A stretch of DNA of 34,583 nt from Candidatus Fraserbacteria bacterium (GCA_037443265.1 JBBIOR010000010.1:30179-64761); one strand, 5' to 3'. Shown: positions 1 through 11,299, counted from the stretch's first letter. A program made the numbers and translations. The notes: generated from the letters alone by a model not told the origin.

Positions 1-1066
1 TCAGCTCGACGTTGGAGAGAGCTGGTCCCACGGAGCCGGGCTTATGATTGAACGGCGTGCTGAAGCTGAGCACGGGCGCCGCCTCGGTCATCCCATATCC
101 TTCGATCATGCCCACGCCCAGGCGCCGGAAGCCAGAGATGGTGGCGGACGAAAGCGGCGCGCTTCCCGAAATGAAAAAGCGCAGCCTCCCACCGGCCAGC
201 TTGCGCTTGAGCAGCCAGCCCACCGCCCGGGGGACCATTTTATTCAAAGCGCCTCGCAAGAAGCTCTGTCGGATCGCCTCCTCCACCCGCTGGAACATCG
301 CGTGATAGAGCTTGGGCACGCCTACCAAGATCGTCACGCCGTAGCGGCGCATCACGTCCGCCAGATTGGCGTAATCGTTCGTGTAGATGAGTGTGGCCCC
401 CTTCCAGAGCGCCGCGTTGAGCACCGCCAGCCCAAAGCTGTGATTCCACGGCGCGATCGACAGGACCACATCTTGCGCATTGACATCCAATCGTTCAAAG
501 ACGGCGCTCAAGTTCGCTGTGATATTCTCATGAGTGAGCATGACGGGTTTTGCGTCTCCCGTCGTGCCCGAGGTGCAGAGCATCACGGCCACGTCTTTGG
601 CAGAGATTGCGCGGACTGGAGGAGCTTCGTCACGCAAGAATGCGTTCCAACGATGTTCTTCCGCGTCCAAATTGACGACGAAACGCCATGGGCTGGGGCC
701 TTCCCCCCGTGGTACCAGGTCTCCCGAGGCGATCACGCCCACCACGTCGCAGGCTTGAAGCAGACGCTGGATCTCGCCGGCTTTAAGTAGCGGATCGATC
801 GGGACAGCCACAGCGCCGGCTCTCAGGATGCCCAGCAGCGCCGCGGCCCACTCCGGCCGCGGCCGCGCCAGGATCGCCACCTTCTCCATCGGGCGAATCC
901 CTAGATGAATCAGGGCCGACGCGACCCCATCGGCCCACTCCAAAAGCTCACGATAGGAGATCTCATCATAGCCTCCTTGAGGCGAAAGCGTAAGAAGAGC
1001 CTTCTTTGAGCCGTAAGCTCGAGTTGACCTCTCAATGACCTCCAGCAGGGTAGGATATGATCTCAC
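1..1066 (-). CDS. Long-chain fatty-acid/acyl-CoA ligase (AMP-binding family), 3' end runs off the window
   Basis: Not in the ORF track; translated by hand from GTG at 1066 (MRSYPTLLEVIERS...). Contains GAVAVPID, the P-loop CTSGTTGDAKPVMLTHENI, EGYGMTEAAPV and GSVGPALSNVEL. Starts 10 bp after the trxB stop. Confidence 0.9.
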   Translation of the reverse strand, partial: MRSYPTLLEVIERSTRAYGSKKALLTLSPQGGYDEISYRELLEWADGVASALIHLGIRPMEKVAILARPRPEWAAALLGILRAGAVAVPIDPLLKAGEIQRLLQACDVVGVIASGDLVPRGEGPSPWRFVVNLDAEEHRWNAFLRDEAPPVRAISAKDVAVMLCTSGTTGDAKPVMLTHENITANLSAVFERLDVNAQDVVLSIAPWNHSFGLAVLNAALWKGATLIYTNDYANLADVMRRYGVTILVGVPKLYHAMFQRVEEAIRQSFLRGALNKMVPRAVGWLLKRKLAGGRLRFFISGSAPLSSATISGFRRLGVGMIEGYGMTEAAPVLSFSTPFNHKPGSVGPALSNVEL

Positions 1067-1075
1067 GGCGTCTGA

Positions 1076-2041
1076 TCAGCCTCCGAAAGACCACCGGCGG
1101 TCTTGAAGGTATGTTTCGGCCTCAAGGGCCGCGATGCAGCCGTCGGCTGCCGCGATGACGGCCTGGGCATACTCTCCAGAAAACTTGCGCACATCCCCCA
1201 CGCCATAGACGCCCGGAATCTTCGTGCGCGTGCGCATGTCTGTGACGAGATAGCCCTCGTCGTCCATCTCCAATTTGCCCCTCAAGAACTCCGTCGCCGG
1301 ACGGTGTCCGATGTTGACGAAGACCCCGGCCACGTCCGTCTGCTCGAAGAGTCTCCCCGTGCCCAGATCCCTGAGCACGACAGCCTCAAGTCTCCCAGTG
1401 CCCTTGAGCTCTTCGACGACGGCGTTCCAGATGAATTTCACTTTCGGATTCTGCATAACTCTTTCGACGAGCACTCGGTCCTTGGCCCGGAGCGCTCGGG
1501 GATCGTCTTTGGGGTGGCGGATCACCATGCGCACTTCATTGGCGAATTTCGTCAAAAACAGCGTCTCCGTGAAGCCGGAATCCCCGGCTCCGACTTCGAT
1601 GAGATTCTTGCCCCGATAGAAATAGCCGTCGCAGACGGCACAGTAAGACAGCCCACGGCCCTTCAGCTCCTTGGCCCCTTTGGCGGGAAGCTCTACCGGA
1701 GCCGCTCCTGTAGCGATAATCACCACGGGCGCTTCATATCTATTCTGATCGGTAATGACAACGTGATCTCTTCTCTCATGGCCCCATTCGACGTCGATGG
1801 CCTCTTCGAGCCTGATTTCCACTCCGAAGCGCTCGGCCTGCTGGCGCGTGCGCTCCATAAGCTGCGGGCCGGAGATGGGCTCAGAGAAGCCTGGGTAGTT
1901 CTCGACTTCTGTCGTGTCGTTGAGCTGTCCGCCGGGGATCTCCTTATCGAGTAAGAGGGCTTTCAGATGGGCGCGGGCCGTGTAGATGGCGGCCGTCAGT
2001 CCCGCCGGCCCGCCGCCTACGATGATCACGTCGTATCCCAT
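1076..2041 (-). CDS. trxB: Thioredoxin-disulfide reductase (flavin)
   Basis: N-terminal GGGPAG FAD motif, GGQL..T.EVENYPG, ATGA, redox-active CAVC, GVYGVGD, QAVIAAADG. Confidence 0.93.
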   Translation of the reverse strand: MGYDVIIVGGGPAGLTAAIYTARAHLKALLLDKEIPGGQLNDTTEVENYPGFSEPISGPQLMERTRQQAERFGVEIRLEEAIDVEWGHERRDHVVITDQNRYEAPVVIIATGAAPVELPAKGAKELKGRGLSYCAVCDGYFYRGKNLIEVGAGDSGFTETLFLTKFANEVRMVIRHPKDDPRALRAKDRVLVERVMQNPKVKFIWNAVVEELKGTGRLEAVVLRDLGTGRLFEQTDVAGVFVNIGHRPATEFLRGKLEMDDEGYLVTDMRTRTKIPGVYGVGDVRKFSGEYAQAVIAAADGCIAALEAETYLQDRRWSFGG

Positions 2042-2105
2042 CTGCTTGATCTGAGGCCTCCTTTTCCACAGGTGGGCCTATGATAGCCGGAATCCCTTAG
2101 GGGTG

Positions 2106-2753
2106 TCAATCGGAGGGGGATCGTACGCGGGCTCCGCTGTTGAAGCCGAGTGTGCCCCAGAACGAGGCAGTGATGGCCGGGAAGAAGACCATGGCTGCCT
2201 CCTTCAGGAAGTCTTCATAGGGCCGGAGGAATTCAATGACATAGGGGATGGCGCGCTTGAGGAACTCAGGCGTCTCTGGGCTGATTAGCTCCTCTTCACT
2301 GCCGGGCTGGAGCAGCCAATCGAGCAACAGCCAGGCACCGAAGGCCTCGACCAGGCCGCCGAGGGCTCCGGCGAAGCTGCCGATGAGGGTGGCCACCAGA
2401 TTGCCTTCCACTCCGCTCAGCGCACCCGCAGTCAGGATGCCCGCTGTGGTTCCGGCGAAGACGAGGAGCGGGTAGGCAATGGGCCTTAGAGCGACGCGCC
2501 CTCCCCGTCGGCACACCTCTGCCTCCTTGGGATCTTGAGCCTCCCGGCACAAGGAGGAGAGGACTCCTTCGAGAATCGTCGGGCCCGCGAGCGCGCCCCC
2601 GACAGCACCCCCCAGAAATTCCCAGAAGAAGAAATCCTCGGGCTTCTGGCTGCTTCGTGGCTGGTCGGGCGCCTGTGCCCAGCTGTCCAATGGGAATCCG
2701 CCCAGCCAGAGTCCCAGAACAATCGCAATCGACATCGCTCGGGGGAAGATCAT
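2106..2753 (-). CDS. Hypothetical membrane protein (signal peptide plus several Gly-rich TM helices)
   Basis: 215-aa ORF with a hydrophobic N-terminus ending SWA-Q, several Gly/Ala-rich hydrophobic segments, and a promoter-like -10 just upstream. Confidence 0.65.
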   Translation of the reverse strand: MIFPRAMSIAIVLGLWLGGFPLDSWAQAPDQPRSSQKPEDFFFWEFLGGAVGGALAGPTILEGVLSSLCREAQDPKEAEVCRRGGRVALRPIAYPLLVFAGTTAGILTAGALSGVEGNLVATLIGSFAGALGGLVEAFGAWLLLDWLLQPGSEEELISPETPEFLKRAIPYVIEFLRPYEDFLKEAAMVFFPAITASFWGTLGFNSGARVRSPSD

Positions 2754-2759
2754 CGCCCC

Positions 2760-2789
2760 ATTTTAACCGCTGCGGAGAGCGGAAGGCAA
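2760..2789 (-). promoter_or_regulatory. Sigma70-like promoter, leaderless, for 2106..2753
   Basis: Minus strand TTGCCT-18 nt-TAAAAT-6 nt-ATG, with no SD. Confidence 0.55.
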
Positions 2790-2823
2790 ATGGCTGCGCT
2801 GTTGCTCGCGAGGCCCGAACTAG

Positions 2824-2852
2824 TTGACGGCCGCCATCCGCTGCCTTACGCT
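2824..2852 (+). promoter_or_regulatory. Sigma70-like promoter for the metallopeptidase gene
   Basis: TTGACG(2824-2829)-17 nt-TACGCT(2847-2852), 10 nt before ATG 2863. Confidence 0.55.
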
Positions 2853-2862
2853 AGTAATCTCT

Positions 2863-3215
2863 ATGGACCGAGGGCGCTTTGCAGAGCTCGTGGAGCAGGC
2901 CGTGGCGGATCTTCCAGAGTTCTTTCGAGAGAAACTGGAAAACATCGCCATTGTCATTGAAGATACGCCGCCGCCCGAAGTGGAAGAACAATACCCCGGT
3001 CAGCTGCTGTTGGGGCTCTATCAAGGCGTTCCCCGGCCCTCTCGCAGCGTCTGGTCGCTCCATGTCTACCCAGATGTGATCTCCATCTATCAGCGCAACA
3101 TCGAAGCGGTCTGTTCTACGGAAGACGAGATCATTCAGCAGGTCCGTGAGACGGTCATGCACGAGATCGGCCACTATTTCGGCATGGACGAAGGTCAGCT
3201 AAGAGAGCTGGGGCT

Positions 3216-3219
<4 letters not shown>
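2863..3219 (+). CDS. Minimal zincin-like metallopeptidase (DUF1025-type)
   Basis: LLGLYQGVP, PDVISIYQRNI, HEIGHYFG (HExxH). The ATG at 2863 is preferred because the TTG at 2824 is the -35 box. Confidence 0.88.
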
Positions 3220-5669
<2,450 letters not shown>

Positions 5670-5679
5670 AGCTTGGCTC

Positions 5680-5708
5680 ATTTTAAACGCGATGAGATCT
5701 CTTCGCAA
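5680..5708 (-). promoter_or_regulatory. Sigma70-like promoter of lon
   Basis: Minus strand TTGCGA-17 nt-TAAAAT-10 nt-ATG(5669). Confidence 0.55.
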
Positions 5709-5711
5709 GGC

Positions 5712-5740
5712 TTGCAGAGTAGATCTCTCAGCCCTATACT
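5712..5740 (+). promoter_or_regulatory. Sigma70-like promoter of the MFS gene
   Basis: TTGCAG(5712)-17 nt-TATACT(5735-5740), followed by the inverted repeat CAAGCCG/CGGCTTG. Confidence 0.55.
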
Positions 5741-5761
5741 TCAAGCCGTCTTCCGGCTTGG

Positions 5762-7102
5762 GTGAAGGCATTGAACTCCGATCGCTGGTTCTACGGGGCC
5801 TTATTAGCTAACGTAGCTCAGGGCGGATCGTCGTTGCTCATCCCGCTCTACGCAACCATCGTCTTGGATGCGACCGTGGGCGACGTGGGCTGGATCACCG
5901 GCATAGCCAGTTGGGTGGGTGTCTTGGCCAGCCTGCTGTGGGGCCGTCTGTCCGATCGCCTGGGTCGCCGCAAGCCCTTTGTGCTCATTGGCTTCCTGGG
6001 CCTGACGGCTTCTCTTGGACTTATGGGTCTTAGCCGCTCTGTGGGCCAGTTGATTGTCCTGAACGCGCTGCTCAATCTCACGTGGCTGGCCAGCGCTGCT
6101 GTAGTGACGCTCTTGGCCATCGCGGACACGGATCAGTGGCACTGGGAGTCACGCATTGGGGTTCTCCATCGTCAGATGGGCGTCGGCTGGGTACTCGGCC
6201 TGATGTTGGGATCCCTCTGGACCGGATCTCTGGGTCTTATGCTCGGGGGCCAAGAGATCAGCCTACGCTCGCTCTTCTTTGTTCTGGCGACGTTGTCGGC
6301 CGCCGGTGCTCTCTTCGCCACCCGCTGGATCAGGGAGCAGCCGCTGCCCCAGCCCGTGGAAGAGCGGCGCTTCCAGGGGCTGGCCCTGGCCGCCGGGCAG
6401 CTCATCGAGCGCTTCAAGTTCGCCCCTTTCCGGCTGTATCACATCGTCAGCCCCCGGAGGCTCTGGATGACGCTCCGTGGAGGGAACGAGTTCGGCCTGG
6501 CTCTGACGCGGTATTTTTATGCCGTCATCGTCTTCTTCATCGGCTTTTCGATGTTCTTCATCCCGTACCCGATCTTTCTCAAAGATCAGCTCGGGTTGGG
6601 GAGCGCGGAGATCTTCGCGCTCTGGGTGGTCCACTCCGGCATGAGCGCGTACTTCAACTTGAGGGTAGGAAAGCTCGTCGAGCGCTGGGAAAATCGTCAC
6701 TTGCAGCGGACTGCCCTCTTGCTGCGGGCCTCGGTCTTCCTAGGGGCGGGATTGTTCCTCCCTCAGCTGGCGGGGCATCCAGGGCCAGCCAGGGTGCTGA
6801 TCGCCTTCTTCTTTGTGCTCACAGGGATCAGCTGGGCCGTGGTGAACATCACGGCGATCGCGCTCATCTCCTGGCAGGTCAGAGAGGGGCTCCGCGGCCA
6901 AGCGCTGGGCACGTACAATGCGCTCTCGGGTCTAGGCTCGGTGATCGGGTCCATCCTCGGCGGGCAGATCGCCCGGGTCAGTTACCCACTGGCTTTCATG
7001 TTGGCGGCAGCGTTCGTGCTGCTGGGCTGGTGGCTGACCCGCTTTAGCTTTGTGGAAGAGCACGCAAGAAGTCGACAATCTGCCAGTGCTCTTTTGCGCT
7101 GA
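5762..7102 (+). CDS. MFS transporter
   Basis: Motif A WGRLSDRLGRRK, about 12 hydrophobic helices, second-half RGQALGTYN..GSVIGSILGG. Confidence 0.92.
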   Translation: MKALNSDRWFYGALLANVAQGGSSLLIPLYATIVLDATVGDVGWITGIASWVGVLASLLWGRLSDRLGRRKPFVLIGFLGLTASLGLMGLSRSVGQLIVLNALLNLTWLASAAVVTLLAIADTDQWHWESRIGVLHRQMGVGWVLGLMLGSLWTGSLGLMLGGQEISLRSLFFVLATLSAAGALFATRWIREQPLPQPVEERRFQGLALAAGQLIERFKFAPFRLYHIVSPRRLWMTLRGGNEFGLALTRYFYAVIVFFIGFSMFFIPYPIFLKDQLGLGSAEIFALWVVHSGMSAYFNLRVGKLVERWENRHLQRTALLLRASVFLGAGLFLPQLAGHPGPARVLIAFFFVLTGISWAVVNITAIALISWQVREGLRGQALGTYNALSGLGSVIGSILGGQIARVSYPLAFMLAAAFVLLGWWLTRFSFVEEHARSRQSASALLR

Positions 7103-7679
7103 GCGTTCCTTCTTCGATCATCAGCTCCAGCAACTCATCCCAATGGCTCAAGCTGTAGAGCGTGATCCCGTGCGCGAGAAGGCGCGTGCGAGCCTCACTC
7201 AGCCCGGCCTGCTTGCTGTAATACTCAAACACGCAAAGACAGTTCTGCACGATTCCAGAAGCAGCCTCAATGCCCTGCTGAAAGAGGAGCTTGCTCCTCC
7301 CATCCGTGACGAGATCTTCCACGAGCAGCACCCGAGCACCCGCCCCGAGCACGCCCTCAATCTGAGATCCCTTGCCGTGGCCTTTGGGAGCTTTGCGCAC
7401 GTAGATCATGGGTTTTTTGAGTTCCACGGCCAGAAAGGCCGCGAACGGGATGCCCGCTGTCTCTCCTCCGGCAATCACATCCACGGCCTCCAGTCCGATC
7501 TGCTCGTGGACGATTTGGGCGAAGGCCTGCGTGATCAGCCCGCGCTCTCTGGGAAAGGAGATGAGCCGGCGGCAATCGACGTAGACGGGCGAGAGCCGCC
7601 CTGAGGCCAGCCGAAAGGGCTCCTCCAGACGGATGAGCACAGACTGCGTCTCCAGCAGCGCTTTTGCGATCTCCTTCAT
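7044..7679 (-). CDS. pyrE: Orotate phosphoribosyltransferase
   Basis: FRLASGRLSPVYVDCR, YVRK..KGHG, PRPP-binding LLVEDLVTDGRS. Confidence 0.93.
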   Translation of the reverse strand: MKEIAKALLETQSVLIRLEEPFRLASGRLSPVYVDCRRLISFPRERGLITQAFAQIVHEQIGLEAVDVIAGGETAGIPFAAFLAVELKKPMIYVRKAPKGHGKGSQIEGVLGAGARVLLVEDLVTDGRSKLLFQQGIEAASGIVQNCLCVFEYYSKQAGLSEARTRLLAHGITLYSLSHWDELLELMIEEGTLSAKEHWQIVDFLRALPQS

Positions 7680-7687
7680 GGCAACTG

Positions 7688-7716
7688 AGTGTAGGAGCTG
7701 GCCGCGGGCAAGTCAA
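7688..7716 (-). promoter_or_regulatory. Sigma70-like promoter of pyrE (near-leaderless)
   Basis: Minus strand TTGACT-17 nt-TACACT-8 nt-ATG. Confidence 0.65.
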
Positions 7717-7752
7717 AACTCCAACTCCGCTTTTCTTGGGCGCGCGGTCGAG

Positions 7753-7758
7753 TATAAT
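7753..7758 (+). promoter_or_regulatory. -10 box of the phosphatase gene
   Basis: Perfect TATAAT 8 nt before ATG 7767; weak -35. Confidence 0.5.
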
Positions 7759-7766
7759 GGAGCCTC

Positions 7767-8417
7767 ATGACCCGTACCTATCTCATCCGCCATGGGGAGA
7801 CGGACTGGAATCGCGCTGGCCTCTGCATGGGCCAGATGGACATCCCCCTTAATGAGCTGGGCCATCGTCAAGCCGAACTGACCGCCGAGCGCTTGGCTTC
7901 GCTGGGCATTGACGCCGTATATTCGAGCGACCTTGTGCGGGCCTTAGAGACCGCGCGTCCCATCGCCGCCCGCCACGGGCTCACCCCTGTGGCTTTGAAG
8001 GAGCTGCGCGAGCTGCATTACGGCCGCTGGCAGGGCCATAGCCACGAGGAGATCGAAAGGCTCTTCCCGCAGGCCTTCCGCATCGGTCCTCCTGAAGAGA
8101 GCATCGAGTTTCAGCCCGAAGGCGGTGAGAGCCGCTACCAGCTCTACCAACGCTCCGTACGCGCCTTTGAAGAGATCTGGGCGAAGCATCGCGGGCAGAC
8201 TGTAGTGCTTGTGACCCACGGCGGCGTGATCCGGTGTCTCGTCAATTACGTGCTCCAAAGAGATTCCGAGCAGAACAAAGGCATCTTCTACAGTCGTGGT
8301 TTCCTCTGCGACAACTGCGGCATCACCCTCATCGAATCCCGAGACGATGGACATCCGCGCGTCAAATATCTCAATGACAGATGCCATCTGGAGTCTCTCG
8401 ACGCCCTGGACCGATAA
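7767..8417 (+). CDS. Histidine phosphatase (phosphoglycerate mutase family)
   Basis: LIRHGETDWN, SSDLVRA.ETA, LRELHYGRWQG, GGES, LVTHGGVIR, LNDRCHL. Confidence 0.92.
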   Translation: MTRTYLIRHGETDWNRAGLCMGQMDIPLNELGHRQAELTAERLASLGIDAVYSSDLVRALETARPIAARHGLTPVALKELRELHYGRWQGHSHEEIERLFPQAFRIGPPEESIEFQPEGGESRYQLYQRSVRAFEEIWAKHRGQTVVLVTHGGVIRCLVNYVLQRDSEQNKGIFYSRGFLCDNCGITLIESRDDGHPRVKYLNDRCHLESLDALDR

Positions 8418-8537
8418 CGACTCCCTAGAACTGGATGGCGATGGCTGTCCCTAAGGCCGGATCGGCACTCGACGGCGCGAGGGGCGCTAGGGCTTGGGCA
8501 AGAAACGTATTCGTTGGTCAGCTCCGGCCAGAGCTTC

Positions 8538-10529
8538 TCAGGGTTGCTTTACGTCTGGGTTGAGCGAGGCGAATAGTCCTCGCGGGTTGATGGACTTCAC
8601 CCAGACCGTGAGGCCGTAGAGGGTGGGATGCCAGAAGGCCAGAGGCGAGCCCTGAGCGTTTCTAAGGGGTGCGTTGGCGATGGCAGCAGCGGCCTGCTCT
8701 GTGCCGTCTTCGAAGTGGGCGGCCGCCGCATGGCTGGCCCACTTCGTGACTTGAAAGAGCGTGGCATTCGCGTCTGTAGCGATGAACCGCACGCCTGCCA
8801 GCTTGAGGTTCCCCTCCGAATCTACGGCGTACAGCAACACCGGCGGGCGCTCAAACGCGACCGGCCCACGCAAGAACGCCTCTTTCACGTAGAGCTGGCC
8901 GACCTCGGCGATAAATGTCCCGATCTTGACGTAGCCGTCGGTTTCGGCGGTCTTCACATCGCGGTATTTGTCGACGAGTTTGCCCAGCTGGTTGATCTGA
9001 ATGATGGCCTGGACATCCTCGGCTGTCAGACGATACTGCGTGCCTGGGATGAACACGTCGGCGGCAAAGCGCGCGTTGGCATCGCGGACTTCCTCATCGG
9101 TGACGACGCCATCGTCGATGTAATAGCTCATCCAGGTAGGAACCGTAGGATCACTCTTAAAATCGGCGGTGAAGGCGGCGCGCGCTCGCAGACCCTCGGT
9201 GACTCGGACGGTGATCGTCGTCTCGGCCGTCGCGTCCTGATCATCCGTGATGCGGAGTTTCACGGTGAACTCTCCCGCGTTGCCGAAGGGGTGGCGAGCC
9301 GCGGCCTCTGTAGTGGTTTGGTCGAAGGTGCCGTCGTTCGTCCAGTCCCACTCGTATTTCGTGATCTTCCCGTCGGGATCTGTGGAAGAAGACGCATCGA
9401 ATTTGACGGCATCTCCGGTGATGGGTGCTTCCGGAGCGAAGGTGACTCGGGCCACCGGAGGCTGATTGGGTGTCGCAGGCTGCGAGGGCGGCTCAGGCTG
9501 TTGGGGTGGCTGCGGTTGACCTGGGCCTCGACCCACTTGGAGGGTGGCCGAAGGCAGTTCCAGGCTGACAGAGCGACCCTGGGCATCAGTGTAGACGAGC
9601 TTTGAGGGCGGCTGGTGGATGGCCCATGAGCCTTCGCGCAGGGCGCTCAGGCGATATTGCGTCTGCCAACTGCCTCCTTGGAAGAGGAGCGGAATCTGCC
9701 AGGTCAATTGGAGAACGCCTCGGCCGACGCTGGCCACCAGGGGGGCTTTCTCGAGGCCTCCCTCATAATGGAGCGCTTCTGAGAGGATCTGGGTGATCGT
9801 CAAGAAGCGCGCGGAGACGGCCCGATTGGCGCGCCTCAGCACGCTCTCCAGAGCGTCGTCGCTGAAGCTCGTGAAGAATAGGCCCTGGGAGATGCGGGCG
9901 ATCTCGCTGAGCACCTGGCGGCGGGCAGCCGGACTCATCGCGATGGGAAAGATGGGGATCTTCGCCTCGGCGGCCCTTTGAGCTTGTACGAGGGGATCCC
10001 CTCCCACGTTGCTCGCTCCATCTGTGGGAAGGACAATGAGCTTAGCCGCGTTGGCTCGGCTGTTCTTGGTGATCTCAAAGAGGCCCAGCATCAGCCCATC
10101 TCCCAAAGCCGTCTGCACGCCTGGGCGCAACCCATCAATGATCTGCAGGGCTCGGGCTCTGTCTGTGCTCAGGGCCAGATCCAGCTGAGCCGTATCCGCA
10201 AACGAAGCGATGCCCACGCGATCATCGCTGCTCAGGCTCTCTATGAACGCGCGGGCGATCTTCTTCACTGGCTCGAGCTCCACGCTGGCCGAGCGATCGA
10301 GTACGAGCATGAGATCGATAGGGCCTCCTGTGATGGCCGGCCCCGTCAGCTTGAGCGTGACGGTCGTCACATCGGGAGTGCCAGTCCCCTTGACGACGAT
10401 CTGCGTGGGATTGACAGTCAATTCAATCTTCGTATCGCCGGTCTGCTGGGCTGTGCCGCTGGTCGCTACGATGAGTCCAACGAGCAGGAACCCTATGAGC
10501 GCCCCATGAAGACTCAAAGAATTGCGCAC
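8538..10529 (-). CDS. Secreted vWA + PKD domain protein with an uncharacterised C-terminal domain
   Basis: Signal peptide; MIDAS-like DRSAS, T and TDG; PQ-rich linker; PKD signature FDASSSTDPDG.I..YEWDW...G.FTVKLRITDD. Confidence 0.85.
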   Translation of the reverse strand: MRNSLSLHGALIGFLLVGLIVATSGTAQQTGDTKIELTVNPTQIVVKGTGTPDVTTVTLKLTGPAITGGPIDLMLVLDRSASVELEPVKKIARAFIESLSSDDRVGIASFADTAQLDLALSTDRARALQIIDGLRPGVQTALGDGLMLGLFEITKNSRANAAKLIVLPTDGASNVGGDPLVQAQRAAEAKIPIFPIAMSPAARRQVLSEIARISQGLFFTSFSDDALESVLRRANRAVSARFLTITQILSEALHYEGGLEKAPLVASVGRGVLQLTWQIPLLFQGGSWQTQYRLSALREGSWAIHQPPSKLVYTDAQGRSVSLELPSATLQVGRGPGQPQPPQQPEPPSQPATPNQPPVARVTFAPEAPITGDAVKFDASSSTDPDGKITKYEWDWTNDGTFDQTTTEAAARHPFGNAGEFTVKLRITDDQDATAETTITVRVTEGLRARAAFTADFKSDPTVPTWMSYYIDDGVVTDEEVRDANARFAADVFIPGTQYRLTAEDVQAIIQINQLGKLVDKYRDVKTAETDGYVKIGTFIAEVGQLYVKEAFLRGPVAFERPPVLLYAVDSEGNLKLAGVRFIATDANATLFQVTKWASHAAAAHFEDGTEQAAAAIANAPLRNAQGSPLAFWHPTLYGLTVWVKSINPRGLFASLNPDVKQP

Positions 10530-10571
10530 AGGCCATCACCCCTTAAGCCCGCTAAAGAGCCGTTCTTGGCC

Positions 10572-10601
10572 ATTCTAGTCGAGCGAAGAGGGCAAGGTCA
10601 A
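10572..10601 (-). promoter_or_regulatory. Sigma70-like promoter of the vWA-PKD gene
   Basis: Minus strand TTGACC-18 nt-TAGAAT; the -35 overlaps the lipB stop codon. Confidence 0.5.
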
Positions 10602-11290
10602 CCGCGGCTGACCGATGCCATCTTGACATCGGGCACCTCTCGGAGAAGCTCCACCGGGCGAAGCTGACACTGGAAGCAGTTCTCCCAGTGCATCCGCAGG
10701 TGCTCTTTGACCTCGGCCATGGTGATGGAGCGTGAGAGCTCGCGCTCCAGGGAGGTCATGATGGAGCCGTCGAAGCCGCAGGGGGAGATGAATTGAAAGA
10801 ACCTCAGATCTGGGGAGACATTAAGAGCGAAGCCGTGATATGTCACCCAGCGCTGCACGGCGATCCCGATAGAGGCGATCTTTTTATCTCGGGTCCAGAC
10901 CCCGGTGGCCCCGGCTCGTCTTTGAGCGGGGAGGCCAAAGTCGCGGAGCGTCTGAATGAGAAGCTCTTCCAGATCGCGCAGATAGCGGTGCAGATTGCGT
11001 CTTGCGCCCTCGAGTTTGACGATGGGATAGCCCACGAGCTGGCCGGGGCCGTGATAGGTCGCCTCCCCGCCGCGCTCGACCTCATAGACGGGAATGGGCG
11101 GCGTCGGGACGCGAAACAGGCCCCTCTCCCGTCGCCTGCGCCCCAGGGTGATCACGTGCGGGTGCTCGACGAGCATGAGCACATCCGGGATCTCATCGCG
11201 AGCACGCCTCTGGACGAGCTCTTTCTGCCAGGCCCACACCTCGGCGTAGTCGCGCGTCCCCAGATCTAGAAGCCAGGCCTCCTGGGCCAT
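10598..11290 (-). CDS. lipB: Lipoyl(octanoyl) transferase
   Basis: LVEHPHVITLGR, RGGEATYHGPGQLVGYPI, KIASIGI, HGFALNV, ISPCG. Confidence 0.95.
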   Translation of the reverse strand: MAQEAWLLDLGTRDYAEVWAWQKELVQRRARDEIPDVLMLVEHPHVITLGRRRRERGLFRVPTPPIPVYEVERGGEATYHGPGQLVGYPIVKLEGARRNLHRYLRDLEELLIQTLRDFGLPAQRRAGATGVWTRDKKIASIGIAVQRWVTYHGFALNVSPDLRFFQFISPCGFDGSIMTSLERELSRSITMAEVKEHLRMHWENCFQCQLRPVELLREVPDVKMASVSRG

Positions 11291-11299
11291 CGCTTGGAT

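Noticed and set aside
44..790. 248-aa plus-strand ORF
   Set aside because: Antisense shadow of the minus-strand acyl-CoA ligase (1..1066), which carries the family motifs
5670..5771. N-terminal extension of Lon in the ORF track
   Set aside because: Spans the divergent promoters and overlaps the MFS start; no Lon-like sequence
6082..7047. 321-aa alternative-frame ORF inside the MFS gene
   Set aside because: Arg/Pro/Gly-rich composition typical of off-frame ORFs in high-GC DNA; no motifs
8628..9605. Long antisense ORFs (also 1103-1954, 26767-27744, 32025-33119)
   Set aside because: Mirror frames of well-supported genes; expected from GC3 codon bias
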